Source of the DNA: a virus
Direction: 5' to 3' (one strand)
IMG/VR virus record: IMGVR_UViG_3300045988_157201
DNA length: 64,000 nucleotides
The translations under genes and the position numbers were made by a program. Positions 28,760-36,695 of the stretch are shown in pieces; positions within the stretch are counted from its first letter, which is position 1; the number at the start of each line of letters is the position of its first letter. The notes below the pieces were generated by a model. That model searched no databases, had not been told where the DNA came from, and worked only from the letters and a program-made list of their open reading frames with translations.

Positions 28760-29869
28760 ATAATTAATAAAAAACTAAAAGTTCTAAGCCTGTTTGACGG
28801 AATTAGTTGTGGAATGATAGCTTTACGAAAGGCTAATATTCCTGTTGAAAGTTATGATGCTTATGAAATTGATAAATATGCCATTAAAGTATCAGAACAT
28901 AATTTTCCAGAAATAAAGCAACACGGTGATGTGTTTAATGCTGATTTTAGTCAATACAATGGCATAGATATTCTTATGGGGGGGTCGCCTTGCACTTATT
29001 GGTCGATTGCTCAAAGAAAGAATAGAGAAACAGAATCAAGTGGTCTTGGCTGGAACTTGTTTCAGCAATACATAAAAGCACTTAAAGAAACTAAGCCAAA
29101 ATATTTTATATATGAGAATAATTATTCAATGAGTAAATCCATAAGAGATAGTATAGATAAATCTTTTGGAATTGAGAGTATAATGATTAACTCAGCTTTA
29201 GTATCAGCACAACAGCGTAAACGCTTATATTGGGGTGGCAAAAGGAATGATGATGGTAGCTATAGTAGGGTAGACATTAAACAACCTATTGATAAAGGCT
29301 TAGTTGTGAATGACATTCTCGACAGTGGAACATCTTGGACTGATAAAAGCTATTGCTTAACAGCGAGCTATAATGGTGCTGTAGCTTGGAATACGATTGA
29401 AAGAAAACAAAGAACTATGATAGCTGAATCTGTTAATTTTGATATTTCAACACCTACAAAAGTTGGAGCAATGCCAAGACCTAATGGGGAATTAAGTAAA
29501 AGTCAAGGTTTGAGATTATACTCGACTGATACAAAAGGTGTCTGTTTAATGAGCAATGGCGGTGGATTAGGTGCCAAAACAGGGTTATACGCAATACCTC
29601 AATTTGAAAATAATCTTAAAAAAGATACTATTTATGAAGTAATAAACAAGACAATTAACATTAAAGGTAAAAATTATCCGATAAACTTAAAAGACGGATA
29701 TTATACAATAAGGAAATTAAGTGTGAGTGAAGCAAAAAGGTTACAAACTATACCTGAATGGTTTGATATGAGTGTGATTAGTAATAATCAAGCATATAAA
29801 TGTTTAGGCAATGGTTGGACTGTTGATGTTATTGCTCATATATTGGAAAATATTAAGGAAAATTTATGA
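28760..29869 (+). CDS. DNA (cytosine-5) methyltransferase
   Basis: Motif I KVLSLFDGISCG, motif IV GGSPCTYWS, ENN, QRKRLYW and GNGWTVDV. Motif I lies upstream of the first ATG (28814). The frame opens at 28760 (ATA, 8 nt after GGAG), with ATT at 28763. Confidence 0.9.
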   Translation: MINKKLKVLSLFDGISCGMIALRKANIPVESYDAYEIDKYAIKVSEHNFPEIKQHGDVFNADFSQYNGIDILMGGSPCTYWSIAQRKNRETESSGLGWNLFQQYIKALKETKPKYFIYENNYSMSKSIRDSIDKSFGIESIMINSALVSAQQRKRLYWGGKRNDDGSYSRVDIKQPIDKGLVVNDILDSGTSWTDKSYCLTASYNGAVAWNTIERKQRTMIAESVNFDISTPTKVGAMPRPNGELSKSQGLRLYSTDTKGVCLMSNGGGLGAKTGLYAIPQFENNLKKDTIYEVINKTINIKGKNYPINLKDGYYTIRKLSVSEAKRLQTIPEWFDMSVISNNQAYKCLGNGWTVDVIAHILENIKENL

Positions 29870-30114
29870 TAAAGAAACTATTATGCATATTATATGGGTT
29901 GTTCTCATATGCAGTTTTCATTTTACTTATTTTTGCTCTTCTACTTAATATTATCGCTTTAATTGTAAATGCGAGCATTGATAATAACTTTACTGTAAGT
30001 ATATGGGAATGTGTTTTGCTACCATTTATCATATACTTTGCAGTTAGATATTATCGTCCTTGTTATCCTCGTTGTTTAAACCAATCTAATAAATTATTAC
30101 ATAAAAGGAGATAA
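29866..30114 (+). CDS. small membrane protein
   Basis: Two hydrophobic segments (LLCILYGLFSYAVFILLIFALLLNIIALIV and VLLPFIIYFAV). ATG overlaps the upstream stop. Confidence 0.5.
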   Translation: MIKKLLCILYGLFSYAVFILLIFALLLNIIALIVNASIDNNFTVSIWECVLLPFIIYFAVRYYRPCYPRCLNQSNKLLHKRR

Positions 30115-30115
30115 A

Positions 30116-30688
30116 ATGAACAAACAAATTTTTATTATTAATGGTTCTGGTGGAGTAGGTAAAGATACATTTTGTAGAATGGTAGAAGAGTCCTTGCCTT
30201 TATTTGCGGACAAGTTTGACGGTGTGAGAATTATGCCTGTAAAAACAATTTCATCAGTAGACCAAATTAAAGAAATTGCAGAATTTGTAGGTTGGAACGC
30301 TAAATTTAAAACCGAAAAAGATAGAAAATTCCTATCCGACCTCAAAGACCTATGTAGTGAGTATAGTGATTTTTCATTTAATTATATGGCTATACAAGTT
30401 GAATCATTCAGAGAAAGCAACAGATATGTGTTATTTATACATATCAGAGAGCCAAAAGAAATAGAAAGAGCAAAACAGGCGTTTAATGCTAAAACAATCC
30501 TTATTAAGCGTGATAATGTAAAACATATTACTTCCAATAAGGCTGACAGAGAAGTATTTGATTATGACTACGATATTGTAATTAATAATAACGGAAGTAA
30601 AGATGAACTTCTTGATGTCGCTGAAGAATTTTGCGAGGACTTATTGAATAACACACTTAAAAGTGAATATCAAAGTAAGGAGAATTGA
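30116..30688 (+). CDS. P-loop kinase, dNMP-kinase-like
   Basis: N-terminal Walker A IINGSGGVGKDT. Size and context (next to thyX-like) are typical of phage deoxynucleotide kinases. Confidence 0.55.
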   Translation: MNKQIFIINGSGGVGKDTFCRMVEESLPLFADKFDGVRIMPVKTISSVDQIKEIAEFVGWNAKFKTEKDRKFLSDLKDLCSEYSDFSFNYMAIQVESFRESNRYVLFIHIREPKEIERAKQAFNAKTILIKRDNVKHITSNKADREVFDYDYDIVINNNGSKDELLDVAEEFCEDLLNNTLKSEYQSKEN

Positions 30689-31369
30689 ATGGGCAAAGTA
30701 ATTATTTTACCAGAAACAACTAAAAATCCAATTACATTGATTGGTGAAAGAGCCGGTTATTGTTGGGGTGGTGATGTGTCAAACCCCGAAAAAAATTATA
30801 AACGGGGTCTTGATTGCATTAAATCAAACCACGGCAGAACTTTTGAGTTTGTAAATATTGAAACTGTTATCACAGGTTATTCAGCAAGAGTTATTCGTGA
30901 GTGGTACACACATATTGGCGGTAGTCCTACAAGGCTACAAGAAAGTACAAGATATGTTGATGGTACTAATTTTGATTATGTAATACCACCAAGTATTGCA
31001 AGTATTAAATCAAACGAAGCTTTAGAATATTATCATAATGCAATGATGACAATAAAAGAAGCTGTCACAAATCTTAAGTTTTGTGGTGTTCCAAAAGAAG
31101 ATTACGCTATGCTACTTCCTTTAGGTATGAAAACAACTATTGTTGACAAGAGAAATTTAAGAAATATTGTTGATATGTCAAGACAAAGAGAGTGTAATAG
31201 AGCGTATTGGGAATACAGGAATTTATTTGCAGATTACAAAAAGGAATTATCCAAATATTCTGATGAGTGGAAAACATTGGTTGATTTATTATTTATGCCT
31301 AAATGTGAAGTTTTTGGTTATTGTCCAGAAAAGAATAGTTGTGGCATAAAACCTAAATGCAAAGAGTGA
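30689..31369 (+). CDS. thyX: ThyX-family (flavin-dependent thymidylate synthase-like) protein, divergent signature
   Basis: NHGRTFEFVNIETVITGYSARVIREW...LQESTRYV and LLPLGMKTTIV..RNLRNIVDMSRQREC..AYWEYR resemble ThyX blocks. The canonical RHR triad is not recognisable (WYTHIGG). Confidence 0.65.
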   Translation: MGKVIILPETTKNPITLIGERAGYCWGGDVSNPEKNYKRGLDCIKSNHGRTFEFVNIETVITGYSARVIREWYTHIGGSPTRLQESTRYVDGTNFDYVIPPSIASIKSNEALEYYHNAMMTIKEAVTNLKFCGVPKEDYAMLLPLGMKTTIVDKRNLRNIVDMSRQRECNRAYWEYRNLFADYKKELSKYSDEWKTLVDLLFMPKCEVFGYCPEKNSCGIKPKCKE

Positions 31370-31399
31370 TAACATAAAGAAGTTAAAGGGGTTGATAAT

Positions 31400-32020
31400 A
31401 TAGCAAAAGATTGGACAGGCAATTACAAGAGCGTTTATACAACATTAGGAGCAAGCAATCACACTGATAAAGAACGAGAAGAAAATGATTATTACGCTAC
31501 CGAACCAAGAGCGACAGAATTATTACTTGAAGTTGAAAAGTTTTCCCCTGATATTTAGGAATGTGCTTGTGGAAGTGGAGAAATTTCCAAAGTTCTTGAA
31601 GATAATGGTTATAATGTAAAATCAACTGATATTGTTTATAGAGGTTTTGGAGAAGAACAGTCGATTGACTTTCTTAATTCAAAAGAAAATACACATGAAA
31701 ATACATATGATGGTGATATTATCACCAATCCTCCATTTAAGTACGCACTTGAATTTTGTCAGAAAGCATTAAGTATTATATCTAACGGACATAAAGTGGC
31801 AATGTTCTTAAAATTGCAGTTCTTAGAAGGTAAGAAAAGAAAATCATTCTTCTTGGACAATCCGCCTAAAACTATTTATGTTTCAAGTTCAAGATTGTTG
31901 TGTGCTAAGAACGCTGACTTTCAACGAATGAGAGATGGTGGCGGTAGTGCAGTAGCTTACGCTTGGTATGTGTGGGAAAAGGGATATAAAGGTAATACAG
32001 TTATAAAGTGGATAAATTAA
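31400..32020 (+). pseudogene. decayed gamma-class N6-adenine DNA methyltransferase (in-frame TAG, ATA at start position)
   Basis: Continuous frame (M/I)AKDWTGNYKS...YYATEP...SPDI-TAG-ECACGSGEIS...ITNPPFKYALEF...AWYVWEKGY. TAG at 31556-31558 sits where a Trp (TGG) is expected. ATA 31400 is 8 nt after AAAGGGG. Confidence 0.7.
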
Positions 32021-32120
32021 AACGAGGGCTTGAAATGAGAATTTTAAGACAAGGAAACAAAAGCCAATACAATCCACCTGTATGATATTAATATAAAGAG
32101 TAAAGAAAGGAAAGATAAAT

Positions 32121-32474
32121 TTGAAAACTAATTCTTATAGATATGTTAAAAAAGCAATACCGATTGAAGCCTTTAAGTACGAAGGTGATTTAAGTGCCAA
32201 TAGTAAATATTGCGTTCCGAGTTGGGCTATCGAAGCATATGAAAACGGAATACTTTACTACAAAGAAACAGATGATAGTTCTTCGGAATTATTTGCAAAA
32301 ACACTTGAGGGTGATATGCTTTGTGAAGTAGGTTGTTATATTATACAAGGCGTTGAGGGTGAAATTTACCCGTGTAGAAGTGATATTTTTGATAAGACTT
32401 ACGAAAAAGTGAAAAACGGTATTTCTTACAAACCTTATACTAATGAAGAAGTTGTAGACAATGCGTTTGAGTAA
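32121..32474 (+). CDS. conserved phage protein (paralogue of 19213-19401 with N-terminal extension)
   Basis: TTG after AAAGGAAAG. Shares the motif GxYIIxGVxGExYPCxxDIFxKTYEKV. Confidence 0.6.
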   Translation: MKTNSYRYVKKAIPIEAFKYEGDLSANSKYCVPSWAIEAYENGILYYKETDDSSSELFAKTLEGDMLCEVGCYIIQGVEGEIYPCRSDIFDKTYEKVKNGISYKPYTNEEVVDNAFE

Positions 32475-32490
32475 GGAGTCCTAATACATA

Positions 32491-32682
32491 ATGACTTTAT
32501 CTTTTATAGCAACAATTATTATAACTATTTTGTTTGTCATTATAGGTATTAGCCTTGTTGGTTGGCAAATTAAAGAGAAAGCCTTTACAGGTGTAAATCG
32601 AGAAACAATACTTATTCTTGATTTATTATATTTTATAGAAGCGTTTGTTATATTATTAAACGCATATACAAATTTGAGGTGA
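32491..32682 (+). CDS. small membrane protein
   Basis: Two hydrophobic segments within 63 aa. Confidence 0.45.
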   Translation: MTLSFIATIIITILFVIIGISLVGWQIKEKAFTGVNRETILILDLLYFIEAFVILLNAYTNLR

Positions 32683-32704
32683 TTGTACGGGAATAGGAGA
32701 AATA

Positions 32705-32986
32705 ATGCTTTTAATTTTAATAGTTGTCCTTATAGTATTGATGCTTATAGATTATTTTGCGGACGAAAATAGAAAAAAGAACAGCCACAACAAATATAAT
32801 AAAAATTTTTCTGAAGAAAAGTATGGATTTACTGTTGTAAGTCACAATTCTTTGTTTGAATTCTATGAAGTGTATGATAATGAAACTAAGGTAATGTATG
32901 TAATCTCTGACGATTATCACAACGAGGGGTCTATTACTCTTCTTGTTGACGAAAACGGCAAACCTAAACTATATAAAGAAAATTAA
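32705..32986 (+). CDS. small protein with N-terminal TM anchor
   Basis: MLLILIVVLIVLMLIDYF then a soluble domain. ATG 5 nt after GGAGAAATA-type SD. Confidence 0.5.
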   Translation: MLLILIVVLIVLMLIDYFADENRKKNSHNKYNKNFSEEKYGFTVVSHNSLFEFYEVYDNETKVMYVISDDYHNEGSITLLVDENGKPKLYKEN

Positions 32987-33023
32987 AAACAATAAAACCT
33001 TCAAAAAAAAGAAAGAGGTGGTT

Positions 33024-33251
33024 ATGATTTCTCACAAACATTCAAAACCAAAATATTCAAATCAGCAAATACATCTATCGTCAGCAAAAAAACATTATTT
33101 AAGTTTTGATGAAGTTGGGCGTATTTATAAGGTTTGTGACGATTATAACATTAGATTGAAATGGCATCAAAAAGTAAGGCTGTTCTTTATTGGAATTATT
33201 CCAAACAAGATATTCAACAAACTTTACGACTTTAAACATTTAAAATATTAA
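33024..33251 (+). CDS. hypothetical basic protein
   Basis: ATG 33024 is 5 nt after GAGGTGG. The ORF-track start at 32943 overlaps the previous gene. Confidence 0.45.
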   Translation: MISHKHSKPKYSNQQIHLSSAKKHYLSFDEVGRIYKVCDDYNIRLKWHQKVRLFFIGIIPNKIFNKLYDFKHLKY

Positions 33252-33448
33252 AGTTGTTATATTATAATATTGTAAGTGATTCAATAAACTTAAAATATGA
33301 TACAATAAGCAGAACTTACATATAAGCGCTTGCATTTGGGTTATATTACATTTTGTTTCAATTAATAAAATAACACTATCAAAATGTAAAAACACAATAC
33401 AAGTAAAATACAAAGTAAATAACTTCATTTAAGAAAGGATAAACACAT

Positions 33449-33895
33449 ATGAAAGTAAATATAAAGAAAATTAATTCAAATGCAACAACTCCGACCTATG
33501 GTTCAACCGAAGCAGCAGGACTTGATTTATATGCTTTGATTGATACAGAAACTAATTCCTTATTTATTCCGTCACATACAACGGTAAAAATTAATACAGG
33601 TATTGCAATGGAAATTCCAAAAGGCTATTTTGGTGCAGTATATGCTCGTAGTGGTTTAAGTATCAAGAATGGTCTTAGACCTGCAAATTGTGTTGGTGTT
33701 ATTGATAGTGACTATCGTGGTGAAATTATTGTAGCACTATACAATGACTCTATGGAAGATAGAATTGTTTATAATGGTGACAGGATTGCTCAGATTGTAA
33801 TTACACCATATCTTCATATCGAGCCTAACGAAGTAACTGAACTTTCAGATACAGAGCGTGGCGAGGGTGGTTTTGGCTCAACAGGTATGAAATAA
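33449..33895 (+). CDS. dut: dUTP diphosphatase
   Basis: dUTPase motifs AAGLDLYA, ARSGL, GVIDSDYRGEI, RIAQ and RGEGGFGSTG. Confidence 0.95.
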   Translation: MKVNIKKINSNATTPTYGSTEAAGLDLYALIDTETNSLFIPSHTTVKINTGIAMEIPKGYFGAVYARSGLSIKNGLRPANCVGVIDSDYRGEIIVALYNDSMEDRIVYNGDRIAQIVITPYLHIEPNEVTELSDTERGEGGFGSTGMK

Positions 33896-33924
33896 AAAAA
33901 TCAAGTAAATTGTGGTATTAGTTT

Positions 33925-34143
33925 ATGGATAAAATGATTTTTACAGTTAAAGAAGTTTCAGAGATAATTCATACCAATCAAACATATGTATATTCATTAA
34001 TTAAATCAGGTTTGCTACCAGCTTTAAAGCTCGGTTCATATAAAATACGGAAAGAAACTTTGGCTAAATTTCTTGAAGATTACGAAGGTTGTGACTTGAC
34101 AAACCCCTTTGAATATGTGTATAATAAACAAGCACATAGTTGA
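33925..34143 (+). CDS. xis: excisionase-type HTH DNA-binding protein
   Basis: FTVKEVSEIIHTNQTYVYSLIKSGLLPALKLGSYKIRKETLAKFLE. Lies across attP from int. Confidence 0.65.
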   Translation: MDKMIFTVKEVSEIIHTNQTYVYSLIKSGLLPALKLGSYKIRKETLAKFLEDYEGCDLTNPFEYVYNKQAHS

Positions 34144-34175
34144 TATTTACTGGCACTTACTATTACCACTCGTCT

Positions 34176-34560
34176 TTTTGGTGGACAATTTCCATATTCT
34201 CTTTTCTGTCCTCTTTTTGTCCACCAAAATTGAGTTGGCTTAAATTATTACAGATTAAAATAAGTTATAATAAGTTATTCATTATTGGATTATTTGACTA
34301 TTTTTGTGTGTTTAAAGTCATAATAAATTAGAATAAGTTATAATAAATTAAAATCTGGAAAACGGTTTAAGAGTGGGTAATAACCCGATGGTAGGCGCTA
34401 CAGTTGCATGTGCAGTTGCAGTTTACGAGGGATTAAATAAATAAATATAGCCACTTTTAAGGATAAACGATAATAATTACTACTTTACAATATATCTCAT
34501 ATACTATTTAAATCACCGTTTGTCCACCATTTGTCCACCAAAGAATAAGGGCGTGGACAA
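34176..34560. other. attP region with arm-type repeats
   Basis: TTGTCCACC(A) motif five times: inverted 34180-34188, direct 34217-34225, tandem 34520-34529 and 34531-34540, inverted 34553-34560. 13-bp inverted pair TTTTGGTGGACAA/TTGTCCACCAAAA. 15-bp direct repeat AATAAGTTATAATAA at 34259 and 34332. Lies between xis and int. Confidence 0.6.
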
Positions 34561-34581
34561 ATGATAATACCACATAAAAAA

Positions 34582-34612
34582 ATAAGGAGTAGATTTAATT
34601 TCTACTCCTTAT
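34582..34612 (-). terminator. rho-independent terminator downstream of int
   Basis: 12-bp stem ATAAGGAGTAGA/TCTACTCCTTAT with a 7-nt loop, followed on the - strand by TTTTTT. Confidence 0.7.
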
Positions 34613-34647
34613 AATTTTGCCCTTTTGTTTCAATTTCTGTTTAACAT

Positions 34648-35847
34648 TTATTTAAACATTCCATTAAGAATGTTATTGCCCTTTTCATTTAATTTATCTG
34701 AAGCGTGTTGATATACTTGCATTGTAACGGATATATCTTTATGACCTAACCTTTCTTGTGTGTATTTTATCGGCGCGTCTGCTTCAGCTAACATTGTAGC
34801 GTGAGTATGTCTAAAAGAATGAAAGGTGAACTCTTTAAAGCCCAAATTGTAATGAATAACTCGACTTGTGTTTTGCATAGTGCGAGGGTTGATATAGCTT
34901 CCGTCCTGTCTTACAGTAACAAGATTAATCCTTTTTCCCACACCTGTGTCATTTAAAAAATTATTTTCATCTCTGTATTGATGTTTATATAACTCTTTAT
35001 AAAAAACTTCTGCCCTTTGTTGTTTATCCTTTTCCTCTAATAATAGGTTACATAATTCATCATCTATTCCAATCGTTCTAAATGAATTATATTTAGGATT
35101 TGAAAAATACCACTTATGTTTTGATTCATCCCATTGAACTTGCTTGTTGATTGAAATTGTTTTATTTTCAAAATCAATATCATCCCAAGTTAAAGCATAT
35201 GCTTCACCTAATCGTAATCCACATTTATATCCTAACTGCATAGGGATATAAGTAGGGCTTCCTTCTGGAAATCTTTTAAATATTTTTGCTATCCATTCTT
35301 GAGGAATATAAACATTTGGGTGACTCTTTGTTGGGCTATTTGGAACTGCTCTTTTAGACGGCATTTCAACATCTTCCATAGGATTGACTTGTATAAACTT
35401 TGCTGTCTTTATAGCATAAATTAAAGATTTATTTATAATATGTTTCAAGGCATCAAGCGTATTAAAAGAATAACCCTTGTTAAACATATCAAATATAAAA
35501 TTTTGAAGTAACATTGTTGATATAGATTTTAATTTATATTTTCCGAAATACGGCTTAATATAAAGTCTTATCTTTTTTTCATAGTTTGTTACAGTAGTAA
35601 GGACAAGGTTATTTCGACAATCTTTCTCCATCCAAAAATCAAGATAATCACTATATGATATTTCGGACGGAGTAAAGGACACTCCTGTATTATTATATTC
35701 TGCAAGGGCTTTAACTCCCGCTTCTAAAGCTTCTTTTTTCGTTTTGAAACCGCTTTTTGTAATCTGATTTCTTTTTCCCCCAATTTTCGCTGCTTCAAAT
35801 CTGTACTCCCATTTATTACCACGCTTTCTTGTGGTAACTTCTGCCAT
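34648..35847 (-). CDS. int: tyrosine recombinase / phage integrase
   Basis: N-terminal arm-binding type MAEVTTRKRGNKWEYRF. Catalytic region GLRLGEAYALTW, HSFRHTHATMLAE and LGHKDISVTMQVYQH. ATG 35847 follows AAAGGAGTGA. Confidence 0.9.
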   Translation of the reverse strand: MAEVTTRKRGNKWEYRFEAAKIGGKRNQITKSGFKTKKEALEAGVKALAEYNNTGVSFTPSEISYSDYLDFWMEKDCRNNLVLTTVTNYEKKIRLYIKPYFGKYKLKSISTMLLQNFIFDMFNKGYSFNTLDALKHIINKSLIYAIKTAKFIQVNPMEDVEMPSKRAVPNSPTKSHPNVYIPQEWIAKIFKRFPEGSPTYIPMQLGYKCGLRLGEAYALTWDDIDFENKTISINKQVQWDESKHKWYFSNPKYNSFRTIGIDDELCNLLLEEKDKQQRAEVFYKELYKHQYRDENNFLNDTGVGKRINLVTVRQDGSYINPRTMQNTSRVIHYNLGFKEFTFHSFRHTHATMLAEADAPIKYTQERLGHKDISVTMQVYQHASDKLNEKGNNILNGMFK

Positions 35848-35878
35848 TTTTATCACTCCTTTTATATAAATTATTTTT

Positions 35879-35907
35879 AGTATAGCAAAACTAAAATTAT
35901 AAGTCAA
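35879..35907 (-). promoter_or_regulatory. candidate int promoter (TTGACT-17 nt-TATACT on - strand)
   Basis: -35 at 35907-35902 and -10 at 35884-35879, about 30 nt upstream of the int start. Confidence 0.45.
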
Positions 35908-36003
35908 TATAAAAATTTTCCAATTCTGAATATTGTTTTATATTGACACTCATAAAAAAGTATTACAGTGTCAGTAATTATTTATAAAATCTGTCTTTTA
36001 CAC

Positions 36004-36032
36004 TTGACATTGCAACATTTGAATGTTACAAT
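36004..36032 (+). promoter_or_regulatory. promoter of repressor-like gene (TTGACA-17 nt-TACAAT) with overlapping palindromes
   Basis: TTGACA 36004-36009 and TACAAT 36027-36032. Palindromes AACATTTGAATGTT (36014-36027) and ATGTTACAATAGTAACAT (36023-36040). Confidence 0.55.
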
Positions 36033-36075
36033 AGTAACATACTATTAAGTAATAACAAAAAAAGGAGAAATCATT

Positions 36076-36573
36076 ATGGAAATGAAAATGAAACAGTATA
36101 TAATTACCGAACTTAGAGAGAAAGCCGGATTAAGTCAAGAAGAACTTGCTAACAAAATCGGAGTAACTCGTCAACAGGTGTCACGATGGGAAAATATTGC
36201 GTACAACGAAAGAACAAATATATCAGAAGAAAACACAAAGAAATTAGAAGAATTATTTGGTGTAGAAAGTATTAACAATTATAATTTTCTTGATAATAAA
36301 GAAGAATTAATACAGTTAGCAAGAGAGGACGGCAGATACGCAGCTACTTATGCAAAAGAACATAATAAGCAAAGAGAACTGTCAGTTTTTCGTAATAAAG
36401 TAGTTAGAGCAATAGAAGGACAAGATAGAGATGGTGTTTTGGGTAACTTATTACAAATTTCTTGCTTATGCAATTATGAAATCCAAAGTTTTTACACAAT
36501 GTTACAAAGCAAAGAGTTGTTTAAAGACCTTGTTTATAGTTTTATAACAAGTTCGTGTGCAAGCATAGAATAA
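36076..36573 (+). CDS. XRE-family HTH transcriptional regulator (candidate lysogeny repressor)
   Basis: LREKAGLSQEELANKIGVTRQQVSRWEN. Divergent from int. ATG 6 nt after AAGGAGAA. Confidence 0.75.
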   Translation: MEMKMKQYIITELREKAGLSQEELANKIGVTRQQVSRWENIAYNERTNISEENTKKLEELFGVESINNYNFLDNKEELIQLAREDGRYAATYAKEHNKQRELSVFRNKVVRAIEGQDRDGVLGNLLQISCLCNYEIQSFYTMLQSKELFKDLVYSFITSSCASIE

Positions 36574-36597
36574 CACATAGAATAACAAACTAAACAA

Positions 36598-36627
36598 AAA
36601 GAGGAAAGTATTTTTACTTTCCTCTTT
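36598..36627 (+). terminator. rho-independent terminator (stem usable in both directions)
   Basis: 12-bp perfect stem AAAGAGGAAAGT/ACTTTCCTCTTT with a 6-nt loop. The U-tract is better on the - strand side. Confidence 0.6.
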
Positions 36628-36695
36628 AGTGATGTTTGTATTATTAATACTGTCATCAAACATTAAAGAATATCTTATTTAATCCATAAAAAAAC

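Noticed and set aside
30097-30345. 82-aa - strand ORF in the early arm (and other 60-112-aa - strand ORFs between 356 and 33428)
   Set aside because: All are antisense to co-oriented, RBS-preceded + strand genes. They lack RBSs and have low-complexity translations.
31556-31558. Stop-codon recoding (TAG reassignment) as in some gut phages
   Set aside because: Only this single in-frame TAG was found. All long genes, including the 1971-aa tape measure and the late genes, are uninterrupted under the standard code. TAG sits where Trp (not Gln) is expected. A point-mutation pseudogene is the simpler reading.
34140-34331. 63-aa ORF downstream of xis
   Set aside because: No RBS and a low-complexity hydrophobic translation. 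It is built from the TTGTCCACC and AATAAGTTATAATAA repeats of the attP arm, so it is most likely non-coding.
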